Virus record (IMG/VR): IMGVR_UViG_3300028837_000518
Coordinates: 32,001 to 96,000 of that record
From: a virus
DNA length: 64,000 nucleotides
Reading direction: 5' to 3' (one strand)
Shown: positions 1 to 9,722 of the stretch, piece by piece
Layout: every line of letters begins with the position of its first letter
Position numbering within the stretch: position 1 is the first letter of the stretch
Program-made: the position numbers and the translations under genes
Notes under the pieces: generated by a model
Told to the model about the DNA's origin: nothing
Seen by the model: the letters and a program-made list of their open reading frames with translations, nothing else
The model's database searches: none

Positions 1-219
1 CATCACGTTTTCCACTGCACTTTGCGAGACTACTCACTACATATCCGTTTGCACGCTATGAACGTAAGTTTCTGAATGCCAAACTTCAAGACCTAGCAAG
101 ACCTCCATACACACATAATGACTATGGAGACTACTGTGCACACTGTCTGAAGTTAAATACCGTGGAAGATGTAGCCAGTGGCTACTGCTCACATTGCGGT
201 AGTTTTTGGGAGGAGGGTT

Positions 220-630
220 ATGTTGAAGAAGGTGAAGGCTATAGTAGCGTCCGGGCCATATGAGGGTCAAGCCGTTACTATAACCCGCGCAGGTACAACT
301 CTTTGCGTCCGTGGTCTCTTTGTCCAAGGTTGGTTGGGCAAGAAGAAAAAACCTGACCTACTTATACCAATTACAACGTTACGCATTGAGTATTGCTCTG
401 CAAACGAGCCACGAAGTCCTGGCAGTATCGCTGCGGGCGGTATGGCTGGGACACTTCTCGGTGGTCCAGTAGTGGGGATTTTACTTGCATCTGGACTGGC
501 TGCACAGCGTATCAAGAGAGACTTTGTATTACTTCTCTACGATACAGTTGGGCCGGAGGCAGGAAAACTATGTCTGAGTAGTAAGAATCCCAAACGGTTC
601 TATCAGCAACTCATGGAGGTGGTACAGTGA
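220..630 (+). CDS. hypothetical protein with Gly-rich hydrophobic segment
   Basis: GGAGG upstream of ATG 220; AAGGMAGTLLGGPVVGILL segment. Confidence 0.6.
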   Translation: MLKKVKAIVASGPYEGQAVTITRAGTTLCVRGLFVQGWLGKKKKPDLLIPITTLRIEYCSANEPRSPGSIAAGGMAGTLLGGPVVGILLASGLAAQRIKRDFVLLLYDTVGPEAGKLCLSSKNPKRFYQQLMEVVQ

Positions 631-732
631 GTACAGCACAAGTTATCATTCTGGTTGTAGTAGCGATCTACATCATCGGTAACTTTGTTGCGACGACAAT
701 ACCCAGACAACCACCAGAGAGTATCAGTGGAA

Positions 733-921
733 ATGGATGACAGAGAACTAGACGATGTATGGTCAGCAGTTGTAGTAATATTCTTTGTAGTAGTTGTTGT
801 GTGTCTGAGAGTAGACGATGTACTAAACAGTAATAGTACTATTGCAATTGCCTGGCTTGTTTCGCGAGTATGTGTAGTCGCTCTTGGCTTACTAGTTGTC
901 TGGAAACTCATAAGGCGGTGA
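733..921 (+). CDS. small membrane protein
   Basis: two hydrophobic stretches; tightly packed with neighbours. Confidence 0.5.
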   Translation: MDDRELDDVWSAVVVIFFVVVVVCLRVDDVLNSNSTIAIAWLVSRVCVVALGLLVVWKLIRR

Positions 922-1295
922 TGATGCTTGATCCAGGAAATCTTCCTCCTCTTCAAAAGGGTGTAATTTACATTTTACCGGGTGGACCGTGGGAGTTCGG
1001 AATGGGCAAGCGTTACTGCCTACGATATGTTGATACAAAGATGTTGGTAATTGGTCCATTATGTATAGTAGCCGGTGATCGCTACCTAGAAGAAATGAAA
1101 AGATACTGGCATAACGGTCGGCGAACCGGCTCGATAGGTGAACACCGCCTTTGGTTTTACCGAACTACTCCGGGTGCTCGTAGAAGACTTATTGACTTGC
1201 TTCACGAGAGCCGAGGGATACGTTATGCCGTTGTAGAGCGAGTGAAGATGTTACAGCAGCGTAAAGATGCCAGAAGAATAGTGGAGGAAATCTAG
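921..1295 (+). CDS. hypothetical protein
   Basis: ORF overlaps next start (TAGTG). Confidence 0.55.
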   Translation: MMLDPGNLPPLQKGVIYILPGGPWEFGMGKRYCLRYVDTKMLVIGPLCIVAGDRYLEEMKRYWHNGRRTGSIGEHRLWFYRTTPGARRRLIDLLHESRGIRYAVVERVKMLQQRKDARRIVEEI

Positions 1296-1804
1296 TGAAG
1301 ATCAGGCTGTATGACACTCGTACAAAGAATATACTCTGGTCTGGCAACACCAAGACTTTTCCAGTTCCCAGTGTCGGTGACCTAATACAGGTGCCTGATG
1401 AGAGTAAGCGAGTGGATGGTACGGTGCCATCAATGGGCTTAGTAGTAAAGGCCAGAATGTTCATTCTGAATAACCAAGACATCACTGGAATGAAGATTCT
1501 AGTTCAGGAAAAGTTAGCTGATACATTTATCCTAGACGAGGGCCTGTACTGTGCCGAGTGCGGTATGCCCGAGATACTGTCAAGTGATTGGCGACCAGAC
1601 CCGGACTCCGAGGGTGGCTTTGCACGCACTGGAATCTGCGTGAGTTGCCTCACTGCGTGGACAGAGGTATTTCGTTTGGTAGACTACCATAGTGTCCGTA
1701 AAATCCCGAGGACACAGGTTGATGCATATGTAAAGGGGAGTATGCTACCAGAAGACCAGGAGGGAAGTCTCGATGAGGAGGTTGAAAACCTTTGGGGTGG
1801 CTAG
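1295..1804 (+). CDS. hypothetical protein with CxxC..CxxC zinc ribbon
   Basis: CAECG and CVSC motifs. Confidence 0.6.
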   Translation: MKIRLYDTRTKNILWSGNTKTFPVPSVGDLIQVPDESKRVDGTVPSMGLVVKARMFILNNQDITGMKILVQEKLADTFILDEGLYCAECGMPEILSSDWRPDPDSEGGFARTGICVSCLTAWTEVFRLVDYHSVRKIPRTQVDAYVKGSMLPEDQEGSLDEEVENLWGG

Positions 1805-1979
1805 TGGCAGACCAAAAGAGCTACTGGCACTATCTGCCGTTGCAACAGTCGCCATAGGTCTTGTCCTGCGATTTACCGTAAGTCATCCTCTACCAGTTGT
1901 GGTTGGCCTCGGGTTTGGTATAGTATTTCTGGCGGGAATGGCATACGGAATAGCCGTCACTTACTACACAGGGAGGTAA
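1797..1979 (+). CDS. small two-TM membrane protein
   Basis: two hydrophobic helices; lies immediately upstream of the E2-like gene. Confidence 0.5.
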   Translation: MASGRPKELLALSAVATVAIGLVLRFTVSHPLPVVVGLGFGIVFLAGMAYGIAVTYYTGR

Positions 1980-1982
1980 GCC

Positions 1983-3185
1983 TTGTACTTTGTACGATCA
2001 CTCGAAGAAGATCGGGAGATTTGGGGTGATGATAGTGCAGCTACAGATGAGGCTACATGGATAAACCTCATCACGCAGCAACTCAACAGCCGGCGAGAAG
2101 CAATTTTATCAGATGAGCGCAATCATCGCGCTAGACTAGAGCAGTTGATGGTCACTACGCGCGACCTGGTAAATAATCTCTCCAATAACCCGGCACTCTA
2201 TGTAACCGCTGCCGGCATAAGTGATCTGGCCGAGAGTGAAGTAGCACTGCTAAGACGAGTTGGTATCAACCACTTGCTTGACATCACTCTGAGTGGTTCA
2301 CACATGATTATGCGTCCGCTAGAGAATATGGGGTGGCAGACTACGAACTTTCGCAATAGAATGCGAGCGCATAGTGCATCAGTCGACCTATTTACTGGTC
2401 GGGTCTACATTGGTGACACACCCCTTGTGCATTGCAATGAGGAGCTACAAAACGTCGTACTTGCGCTGATTCTTTCAGGGCACTTGGCCATTGTACCTTA
2501 TCTGGTAATGGGAATCATAGAGTTAGCAGCCGCACAGTGCCTTGAGGAACCAATAGCTGAAGATATTGGTGATAGCTCCGGATATACCGAAGATGTTGTC
2601 GCTGGTATTCATAGTAGCGACTTCACGCACAGAGATGAAAGTATGTCCAGGTTTCATGAGGTTATCAGTACGACAACCACGACGCAACGTCGGTTACGCG
2701 AGAGTGCAATTGCGCTGGCTAATTTAGAGGCGCAGGCCAATAACGGTGAAGGACTCAGAGAAGAGCTTCAGAGACTGATTAGATTACCTAGTATACACAA
2801 GATATTGGTACGACCACATCCACGGCGAAACACTCCACGCGTGGTGGTTTATACCGAACCCCTCACTATCGCTGAGTGGGAAATTGGCCGGTACGTTATT
2901 GATATAGAGATGGGTGACTGGATACTGATACGCAACCTAGACTATGCGTTTCAGCAACAGTTTCCGCATCCACACGTACACGAGAATGGTAAACCGTGCT
3001 TTGGCCGACTAAGTGAGAGAATGCGTGAGGCGATGGCGCAAGGTAATATGCGCTCACTGATAATTGGTTCAGTGCGTTTGGTAGAATCTTACAATGCCAG
3101 AGACGCGTACTGCCCCATGCGACGCATTGCAGAACTCACGGAAGAAGACATCGGGCGAATCTACTGGACAAGGAGTTACTACTAA
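1983..3185 (+). CDS. prokaryotic E2/UBC-like conjugating enzyme with N-terminal helical/coiled-coil region
   Basis: C-terminal HPHVHENGKPCFG matches the E2 HP(N/H)(I/V)xxxGxxC active-site signature; adjacent to JAB, E1 and Ubl genes. Confidence 0.7.
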   Translation: MYFVRSLEEDREIWGDDSAATDEATWINLITQQLNSRREAILSDERNHRARLEQLMVTTRDLVNNLSNNPALYVTAAGISDLAESEVALLRRVGINHLLDITLSGSHMIMRPLENMGWQTTNFRNRMRAHSASVDLFTGRVYIGDTPLVHCNEELQNVVLALILSGHLAIVPYLVMGIIELAAAQCLEEPIAEDIGDSSGYTEDVVAGIHSSDFTHRDESMSRFHEVISTTTTTQRRLRESAIALANLEAQANNGEGLREELQRLIRLPSIHKILVRPHPRRNTPRVVVYTEPLTIAEWEIGRYVIDIEMGDWILIRNLDYAFQQQFPHPHVHENGKPCFGRLSERMREAMAQGNMRSLIIGSVRLVESYNARDAYCPMRRIAELTEEDIGRIYWTRSYY

Positions 3186-3186
3186 G

Positions 3187-3993
3187 ATGACGAAGGAGAA
3201 GTTTACCCCGGTACCCACCAGCAATACTAGCGTGCCAACAGTCAAGCACAAGAAGGTAGTGGTCGCCAAGAAGAAAATTACAGTTACCCAAGATAGTCGG
3301 CCAACGAAGTTTGAGAACCCTATGCTGGCAATGCTACCAGACTTCAAAACGAGACTTGATGCAATAGTTGACCAAGCACCAGTTGAAGTAAGTGGGTTTG
3401 GCAGCATGACTATTCATGAGAGCCGAGCAAGTAATGGTTCGGCACAGCATCTCATTGTGCCGCGCGAGTTGTTTGTTCTCGATCAAACTACAACATCTGG
3501 TTCAGCTGACATAGAACAAGATGCTGTCGGTAACTTCTTCGAGGACTGGGTAACCGAGGGTCGAGATGTAAAAGAGTTACGTGTGTGGTGGCACAGTCAT
3601 GGTAGAGGGGCAAAGCCAGTACCTTCGGCCACAGACTGGTCTACAATTACTCGCTCCTTTGGTCGTGTGCCCTGGTATATTATGCTTATTACCAACAAGG
3701 ACCGTCAATATACAGCATACCTCGTCTTGACTAAGCCGTTTCGGGTAAAGGTTGAGATTGAAGTTGGTTTGTTTGTTGACGCGGCAATACGCGACTGGGC
3801 AAAAAACGAAGTAGAAAAGCATGTTACAACCACAGCTGGATACAAGTATCCAACGGGCAGAAGGTGGGATGGTCGCTTGGCACGTTTTGTTGACGTTGAA
3901 GAGCCTGGTGCGAAACAGGCACAAAGTAAACAGGGAGTTTTGCTACCCAAGGGATCACCTGCGGATAACGAGTGGGAGCGGTGGTCATGGTAG
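3187..3993 (+). CDS. JAB/MPN+ (JAMM) metalloprotease, deubiquitinase-like
   Basis: upstream E (VEVSG) plus WWHSHGRGAKPVPSATD = HxH...SxxD. Confidence 0.85.
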   Translation: MTKEKFTPVPTSNTSVPTVKHKKVVVAKKKITVTQDSRPTKFENPMLAMLPDFKTRLDAIVDQAPVEVSGFGSMTIHESRASNGSAQHLIVPRELFVLDQTTTSGSADIEQDAVGNFFEDWVTEGRDVKELRVWWHSHGRGAKPVPSATDWSTITRSFGRVPWYIMLITNKDRQYTAYLVLTKPFRVKVEIEVGLFVDAAIRDWAKNEVEKHVTTTAGYKYPTGRRWDGRLARFVDVEEPGAKQAQSKQGVLLPKGSPADNEWERWSW

Positions 3994-4658
3994 ATGACAC
4001 CCGACAGTTAGATATTCTTTCGCCCAAGTTTCTACAGGATCGCCATGTTGACCTAATTGGTTGCGGTAGTGTTGGTAGTATGACTGCCTTTGTCCTCTCA
4101 AAAATGGTAGCAGGCGAGGAGGACTTCTCGGTTAGGCTGATTGATGGTGATATAGTAGGGGATGTCAACATTCGACCAAGCCTGTATACACCTGTTGATA
4201 TAGGTATATGTAAGGTCCTTGCGTTACAGCGCCTACTCCTCTACCTATCCAATCTTTCTACCACAGTCTGTAGTGAGTTTGTTGGTCCCGACAACTACCC
4301 TAGTCTCAAAGACATTGTAGTTGTTTCAGTAGATACTATGGCTGTGCGGAAAGATATATGGGAAAACTGTATCGGGCTATACAACCCTCACTGGCTGATA
4401 GATGCCAGAATGGGTGCCGAGATTTGCACTATCGTTACCGTTGATCTTAGTAGTGATGAGCAACGCGAGCGGTACGACGACGAGTTGTTTACTGACGATG
4501 AGGCTAGGCAGTTACCCTGCACTGCACGAGCAATTGCCTACAACACCGCATACATCGCGGCACTCATCGTTAGAACTATAAAGCGTATTCTAGTCGGAGA
4601 GGAGGTGGACTATCAAGTAGATTCAAGTCTAAAGAATCTTGTTATGTTACTTACTTAG
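3987..4658 (+). CDS. ThiF/E1-like ubiquitin-activating (adenylating) enzyme
   Basis: IGCGSVGS nucleotide loop, IDGDIV, VDTMAVR, IDARMG, candidate catalytic Cys in LPCTAR. Confidence 0.88.
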   Translation: MVDDTRQLDILSPKFLQDRHVDLIGCGSVGSMTAFVLSKMVAGEEDFSVRLIDGDIVGDVNIRPSLYTPVDIGICKVLALQRLLLYLSNLSTTVCSEFVGPDNYPSLKDIVVVSVDTMAVRKDIWENCIGLYNPHWLIDARMGAEICTIVTVDLSSDEQRERYDDELFTDDEARQLPCTARAIAYNTAYIAALIVRTIKRILVGEEVDYQVDSSLKNLVMLLT

Positions 4659-4706
4659 CAAATCGTTGATTGTAAAGCTATTCCTAACCTACAAAAGGAG
4701 AGTACA

Positions 4707-4976
4707 GTGTCAGCTGACAAGAGAACTATCCAGCTCAACCCGGACGATGAAGTTGAAGTTCTTGTTCCTTCGGGAGCCAAGGTCACCATCATCACCATGG
4801 ACGACACCCGCGAAGTCGACCCCGGCATCACCGTCGCCGAGGCACTCAACGCGGCCGGTATCGAAGTGCAGTCCGATGAGGTCGTGCGAGTCAACAAGCA
4901 GGCGTGCAGTGACGCGGATCTCACCCTCGACGCCGGTGATGTTCTGTCCGTGGTCCCTCGCGTTCGCGCGGGGTAG
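4707..4976 (+). CDS. ubiquitin-like beta-grasp protein (ThiS/MoaD/Ubl fold)
   Basis: TVAEALNAAGI..VRVN..LDAGDVLSVVPRVRAG-stop; strong AAGGAG RBS; ends in Gly. Confidence 0.8.
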   Translation: MSADKRTIQLNPDDEVEVLVPSGAKVTIITMDDTREVDPGITVAEALNAAGIEVQSDEVVRVNKQACSDADLTLDAGDVLSVVPRVRAG

Positions 4977-5020
4977 TCCTGTAGTAGCTTAGTCTTGGCT
5001 AAGTTAGAGCAGTAGGTCGC

Positions 5021-5054
5021 GGGGTGGTGCAGCCAAGGTTCTGCATCACCCCTT
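5021..5054 (+). terminator. GC-rich hairpin closing the Ubl operon
   Basis: GGGGTGGTGCAG/CTGCATCACCCC 12-bp stem; U-tail is short. Confidence 0.5.
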
Positions 5055-5075
5055 AGACACCCTGGAGGAGTAGAA

Positions 5076-5636
5076 GTGACTGAGAAAGAAGTCTACACTT
5101 TTCATTTCCGTGCCAACATAGAGGGGTTTCAGGTTGTGTAGGCTGACTCCGAAGAAAGTGCACGACGAAAAATCCTTGATAGTGCTCCGGGTGTCGAGGA
5201 ACAACAAGGCGAGTATGACAATTTAGTCTTGACACTGGTAGATGTACGCGAACCACCACGTGATAGACTGGTCTCTCTAGTGTATAGTGACAGTAGAATA
5301 CGTCTCACGGGTGATGAGAGTCGCCCTGTACTCATACAGGTTGCAAAGGGTTATGGTCAGCTCTTCCAACCAATCTGCACTACCATCCCACACTCCTATC
5401 TCAACTCTTATCACAAGTACCTTCACCAAGGTCTTGGTATTGACTGGTTGGACTGTCAACACACCTCTGATTGCATCCAGCGACTACAAGTCGCAGTCGT
5501 ATAACTAGGAGTTGATCGGAGTGAGCCATACATCGCACCAACACCCGGTAACCTTGGATATACCCTTGCTATCCTACTGCGATGGGCGCAACAATGGACT
5601 AATACACAGTTTAGAGTAAGAAAGGTGACTGGGTGA
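5076..5636 (+). pseudogene. interrupted ORF, paralog of 5733-6131 in its 3' half
   Basis: GGAGGAG RBS, GTG 5076; in-frame TAG 5139 and TAA 5502; tail GNLGYTLAILLRWA matches GNAGHTLAVILRWA of the next gene. Confidence 0.6.
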
Positions 5637-5732
5637 GTAAGTTAGGCAGGGTGGCCTTGACGATGTTCCTGTTATTTACCGTAGTAACTCCATTAGTTAT
5701 AGTAGTATTTTGGTAAGCAGAGGGAGAGTCGT

Positions 5733-6131
5733 GTGAGTTATGGTGTCAGTATCAAGGATGTAGAGCAGTATGTGGCAGTGTCGGAGTCTGGCGATGAAAT
5801 CCAGTGTGTGGTAACTACACCGCGCGTATGGATAAGTATACCGTCGGACTATAACACTGTATATCGTAAGTACTTGGACGAGAAGGATGGAATCTTCTGG
5901 TTGCACCATAAGCGTGGCCAAGATTGTGTAGTAAAGCTGGAAGAGGTATTGGCAATTCTTGGCACTATTCGTACCCATGTTTACTGGCAGGGGAGTCGTG
6001 GAAATGCTGGCCACACCCTGGCGGTAATACTACGATGGGCATTATTGTATCCACTTGCAGTATTTGAAGTAACCGAGCACAAAACAGAGGAGGTTAGTAC
6101 GTGGCCACCACCTGGCTTGCATCTGGTGTAA
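5733..6131 (+). CDS. hypothetical phage protein
   Basis: RBS present; paralogous to the upstream pseudogene. Confidence 0.65.
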   Translation: MSYGVSIKDVEQYVAVSESGDEIQCVVTTPRVWISIPSDYNTVYRKYLDEKDGIFWLHHKRGQDCVVKLEEVLAILGTIRTHVYWQGSRGNAGHTLAVILRWALLYPLAVFEVTEHKTEEVSTWPPPGLHLV

Positions 6132-6222
6132 CGGCTTGGGGCACTTTACCAGTTTGGGGTGTGTCCAAGAGTATAGCTGATGAGTGGATTATATCTTGCG
6201 ATAATACTTACTAAAGGTACCT

Positions 6223-6768
6223 ATGGACCCCTACCGCCAACCGAACCGCAAAACTCTGATTGGATTCGGTTACTGCGGTATCAGTGCGTCTTTGACTTCT
6301 GTAGAGCGTATTGTTTACATGACTGGTTGGCCGAGGAACTACGAAGTAACACGGAGTAATAACATGACAGAGTTCTCTATGTCATTCACTAAGCACTGTG
6401 ATTATTGCGGTGAAGAGATAGTTAGAGAAGTAGCTCAACCAACCAATCCTGTAAGCTGGTTTCAAGTACGACTACCTATTCAGGTATCAATGCCTGACCG
6501 CTTACATAACTTCTGTAGAGTCTCGTGTTTACTTCAGTGGGTTGCACAACAGCTAAGTAATGAGAATAGGAAAGCAAGCAGTAGTGAAGATAAGCAGTTG
6601 AATAACCTAGCAATAGACTTGCTTGAGATGGCAAAGTATGCAGCACACCATGCAATCCATAACGATATAGGTGATGGATACTGTCTACTTAGTTATTGCC
6701 CACTTCACTACCCGGCACAGCGGCGTTACCGTGGCTCACTTCTACTGGAGGGCAGTAAAGATGGCTAA
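6223..6768 (+). CDS. hypothetical protein (CxxC..FCxxxC, TRASH-like zinc motif)
   Basis: CDYCG, FCRVSC. Confidence 0.5.
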   Translation: MDPYRQPNRKTLIGFGYCGISASLTSVERIVYMTGWPRNYEVTRSNNMTEFSMSFTKHCDYCGEEIVREVAQPTNPVSWFQVRLPIQVSMPDRLHNFCRVSCLLQWVAQQLSNENRKASSSEDKQLNNLAIDLLEMAKYAAHHAIHNDIGDGYCLLSYCPLHYPAQRRYRGSLLLEGSKDG

Positions 6769-7450
6769 CTACTACACTGAGTTCTCACAGATCATCGAGT
6801 GTCAAAGTGACGAGCAGCGAGCGTTTCTTCGAGATGCCTTCGATCAGTTAAGTCAGAATGGCAGCGATACTAGCGTTGCTTATGCAGTAGACAGAGACGA
6901 AGGTGGGCACCCTAAAGATATTTGGGTTTACTCAGATACCGTTGACTATAGTAGTATAGAATCGGTAGTTGATGTGGTTTGTAGGTTTCAGAGGAAGTTT
7001 GCCATCCCAACACCTTGGCGACTAACTTGGGCTTTTACGTGCGAGAAACCGCGCGTCGGTGCGTTTAGTGGTGGTGGTGTGCTTTGCTTGAAAGGTGAGA
7101 GCTACTGGGTAAATGCCGATACTTGGCTCAATAACAAGTTGAAAGAACTTGTAAGAGCCTCTATGGAATACCGCACACTTTCTGTAGAATCGAAGAGAAT
7201 GCTCGTCAATCTTTGCCCGGAAGATAGTATAGTTGAGTTGCGATTAGGTACTGTGGAAGAAGGTTCTTGGTGTTACCAAGCAGGTTCACAAGGTGTAATA
7301 TGTCCTCATAGACATACAGTACGTTACCTTATAGAACACCAACTTCTCCAACAGGTTTTCCGCTGTGTAGGAATGCCCATTGGGTATACACTGACACCCT
7401 TAGGTAGATTGTTAGCCAATTGCCTACCGTCACCACACTATCGAGGATGA
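6761..7450 (+). CDS. hypothetical phage protein
   Basis: GGAGG RBS, MANYYTEFS start. Confidence 0.6.
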   Translation: MANYYTEFSQIIECQSDEQRAFLRDAFDQLSQNGSDTSVAYAVDRDEGGHPKDIWVYSDTVDYSSIESVVDVVCRFQRKFAIPTPWRLTWAFTCEKPRVGAFSGGGVLCLKGESYWVNADTWLNNKLKELVRASMEYRTLSVESKRMLVNLCPEDSIVELRLGTVEEGSWCYQAGSQGVICPHRHTVRYLIEHQLLQQVFRCVGMPIGYTLTPLGRLLANCLPSPHYRG

Positions 7451-7701
7451 GGAGATTCCTAATGTCTCTAAGATTTCTCGCAAGTTTATGTTCACAACGA
7501 GTGTACTGTGAGTATGACGGTCGCATTATAGGTAAGGTTTCACCGGGGCATATCATGCCTAACTCACAGAACCTTTCAGTAGTAGCAATAGTCTACCAAG
7601 ATGCCTTCAGAACACGTTACTTCTGTCACCCTGGATGTCTCAAGAAGTGGCTGGCAGACTCGAAGGTTGGTGTATACAGAACTCCCAGTGATGAGGGGTG
7701 A
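7447..7701 (+). CDS. hypothetical protein
   Basis: packed ORF. Confidence 0.45.
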   Translation: MRRFLMSLRFLASLCSQRVYCEYDGRIIGKVSPGHIMPNSQNLSVVAIVYQDAFRTRYFCHPGCLKKWLADSKVGVYRTPSDEG

Positions 7702-7702
7702 T

Positions 7703-7936
7703 ATGATAATAATTACTTTGTTTGTTTTACTGGTAGTACTGGTGATTGCGTTTGCACTTGCAGACGATATAGGAGTGCAGGCAAGAAGGCGTGAACTACG
7801 CAAGCGCATCAGTGAGATTGACACTCAACTTGACTATATTGATAGTGAGATTGAATCGCGTGCGAAAGAAATTGAAGCGTGCAAAAGAGAGCAAGAGAGA
7901 GCACTTGAGTATCTTGAGCGTATGCTTGACTACTGA
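7703..7936 (+). CDS. membrane-anchored coiled-coil protein
   Basis: N-terminal TM helix then charged heptads. Confidence 0.55.
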   Translation: MIIITLFVLLVVLVIAFALADDIGVQARRRELRKRISEIDTQLDYIDSEIESRAKEIEACKREQERALEYLERMLDY

Positions 7937-7953
7937 GTATAGGAGGTTCAGGA

Positions 7954-8544
7954 GTGGATGGGCACTTGGAAATTCGTGAAGCAGATGCACTTGCGGGTAG
8001 TTGTAACTTCTGCTCTAGGATGGCAGCTAGAGTAGTTTCAGTGATGGGGAGACATTCGGGACCCAATATGCTAGTTCGGTTCTGCCAGAAGTGCTTGGAT
8101 GAACTGGTTGCTTATAGTAATACTCCTGTACCAGTAAGTCCTATTTTCCAGAGGATCAGTTCAAAGAGGGTGGCTCAGTTGAAAGCCGCAGCTGAGGAGA
8201 TTCACGAACACTTCTTAGCCTTGAAAGAAGAGGAGGCAAGTATGGCAAGGAAAGAGTTGAAAGGGTACTTGGTCAAGGTTAGACTCAATGTTATGGTGTT
8301 TACCAATGACGAGAAAGGGGCTGCAAGAATAGCCCTAACCAAGTTCAAAGAACAGATGACCTACAACGGGTGGGATAACCACCCACTAGCTACGAGTGCT
8401 ATCCCCGGCACATTCTACGAGGATGGCGAGGACACCTTTGTTGACAGTGTTGAGGAACTGGTTATATCATCAGAGTGGCAAGGTATCAATGGTGTTTGGG
8501 CTAAACGAGAAGAAGAGGAACAAGGAGGAAGTCGTGAGGAGTAA
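7954..8544 (+). CDS. hypothetical protein (possible internal second start at MARKELK)
   Basis: RBS; internal GAGGAGG before ATG. Confidence 0.55.
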   Translation: MDGHLEIREADALAGSCNFCSRMAARVVSVMGRHSGPNMLVRFCQKCLDELVAYSNTPVPVSPIFQRISSKRVAQLKAAAEEIHEHFLALKEEEASMARKELKGYLVKVRLNVMVFTNDEKGAARIALTKFKEQMTYNGWDNHPLATSAIPGTFYEDGEDTFVDSVEELVISSEWQGINGVWAKREEEEQGGSREE

Positions 8545-8701
8545 CTCCGTCGCCCCGAGTTTGAGGAACTGATGAATAGGTGATTATTTTACTTCTCCCC
8601 ATTCTTGGTATGTTAGCGATACTGGTAGTTGAGGATGTGAGGCGGTGTATACGCCAGAAGAACAGTCACAGTATTATTAGCAACCTAAGGAGAAGAAACA
8701 G

Positions 8702-9052
8702 GTGAGTCAATCTATACCCGTGCGTGATGTAACTGGTTCGACGCTAGAGGATTTACTTCTTAGTGCAAAGGAAGTTTTATTCAGGTGGGTAAAAGATGCG
8801 GAGCAAGATGAGTGGGGTAATGCAGCAAATACTGCGATAGACCAGATTACCAGGGCAGTTGCACCCACAGAAACCAACCACATTCTACGCATTTTAGTTG
8901 CCAACCCAACACTGGCATGTCGAGGAGCTATATGGTATGAACACAAGGGAATGCCAACAGTACACGACTTAGCCAGAGTAGTAATCTATGAATACATCGC
9001 GGAGATGTTGTGGGCTGAATACCATAAAGCGGTAGAGGAGAGAATATTATGA
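8702..9052 (+). CDS. Ocr (T7 gp0.3)-like helical protein, paralog 1 of 4
   Basis: AxExL..AI..AVAP..IL..IYEYIxxxLW pattern. Confidence 0.45.
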   Translation: MSQSIPVRDVTGSTLEDLLLSAKEVLFRWVKDAEQDEWGNAANTAIDQITRAVAPTETNHILRILVANPTLACRGAIWYEHKGMPTVHDLARVVIYEYIAEMLWAEYHKAVEERIL

Positions 9053-9267
9053 CATCGCGTTTCGTGGCCACGGTACAAATTCTACTTGATGCAGAGAACT
9101 CTGACGATGCCCTGCGCCAAGTAACAAATCTCCTAACTCACATTGATGCGAAGTCACCGCCTCTCGACTGGCAGTTTCTACGACTTGGCGGACAAGTACT
9201 ATTTCCTACTGCAAGAACAGGACTTCGTGGTATCTACCGACATGGCGACTTCTCTATTCAATGGTAG
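9049..9267 (+). CDS. hypothetical protein
   Basis: ATGA overlap with the previous gene. Confidence 0.55.
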   Translation: MTSRFVATVQILLDAENSDDALRQVTNLLTHIDAKSPPLDWQFLRLGGQVLFPTARTGLRGIYRHGDFSIQW

Positions 9268-9722
9268 CACTCATCATATTGACCATGATTTGGGTTCCAA
9301 TTAGTGGTGTCCGGGAGCACGTATGCACTTGGTATGGTAATGAGTTTCTAGGCCGCAAACCAAGTGCGGCATGGCACGGAGTAGCAGACGTTGTAGTTGA
9401 TGAAGTTACTTACGGTATTGCCGCGCCAATTGAGATACCACTTGGTAGTTACGTTCGTGTATGTCGTACAGGCACCTGTTCTGACTCAACAAGGTTACTC
9501 AGCACCGACTATAACGGTCGGTGTGTTGTCGCACGTGTACTTGATCGTCGCGCGCGCTCTATACCGGGCTACTGGGATTTATGGCCAGCTACTGCCGAGG
9601 CCCTTGGTTTTGGACCATCATGGGCACACCGTGGGTTAGACGCTGGTTGTATTCAGGCCACAGTAGAAATTCGCAGAATAGGGAGGATACAGTGGGACTT
9701 GATATCTACCTTTACAAAGTAA
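9261..9722 (+). CDS. RlpA-like double-psi beta-barrel / lytic transglycosylase-like secreted protein
   Basis: signal-like N-terminus; TWYG, IPLGSYVRV, VLDR, DLWPATAEALG. Confidence 0.6.
   Translation: MVALIILTMIWVPISGVREHVCTWYGNEFLGRKPSAAWHGVADVVVDEVTYGIAAPIEIPLGSYVRVCRTGTCSDSTRLLSTDYNGRCVVARVLDRRARSIPGYWDLWPATAEALGFGPSWAHRGLDAGCIQATVEIRRIGRIQWDLISTFTK

Noticed and set aside
3987-4976. ThiF/ThiS or MoeB/MoaD sulfur-carrier pathway
   Set aside because: No thiG, moaE or cysteine synthase is nearby, and the linked E2-like gene favours protein conjugation. Not formally excluded.
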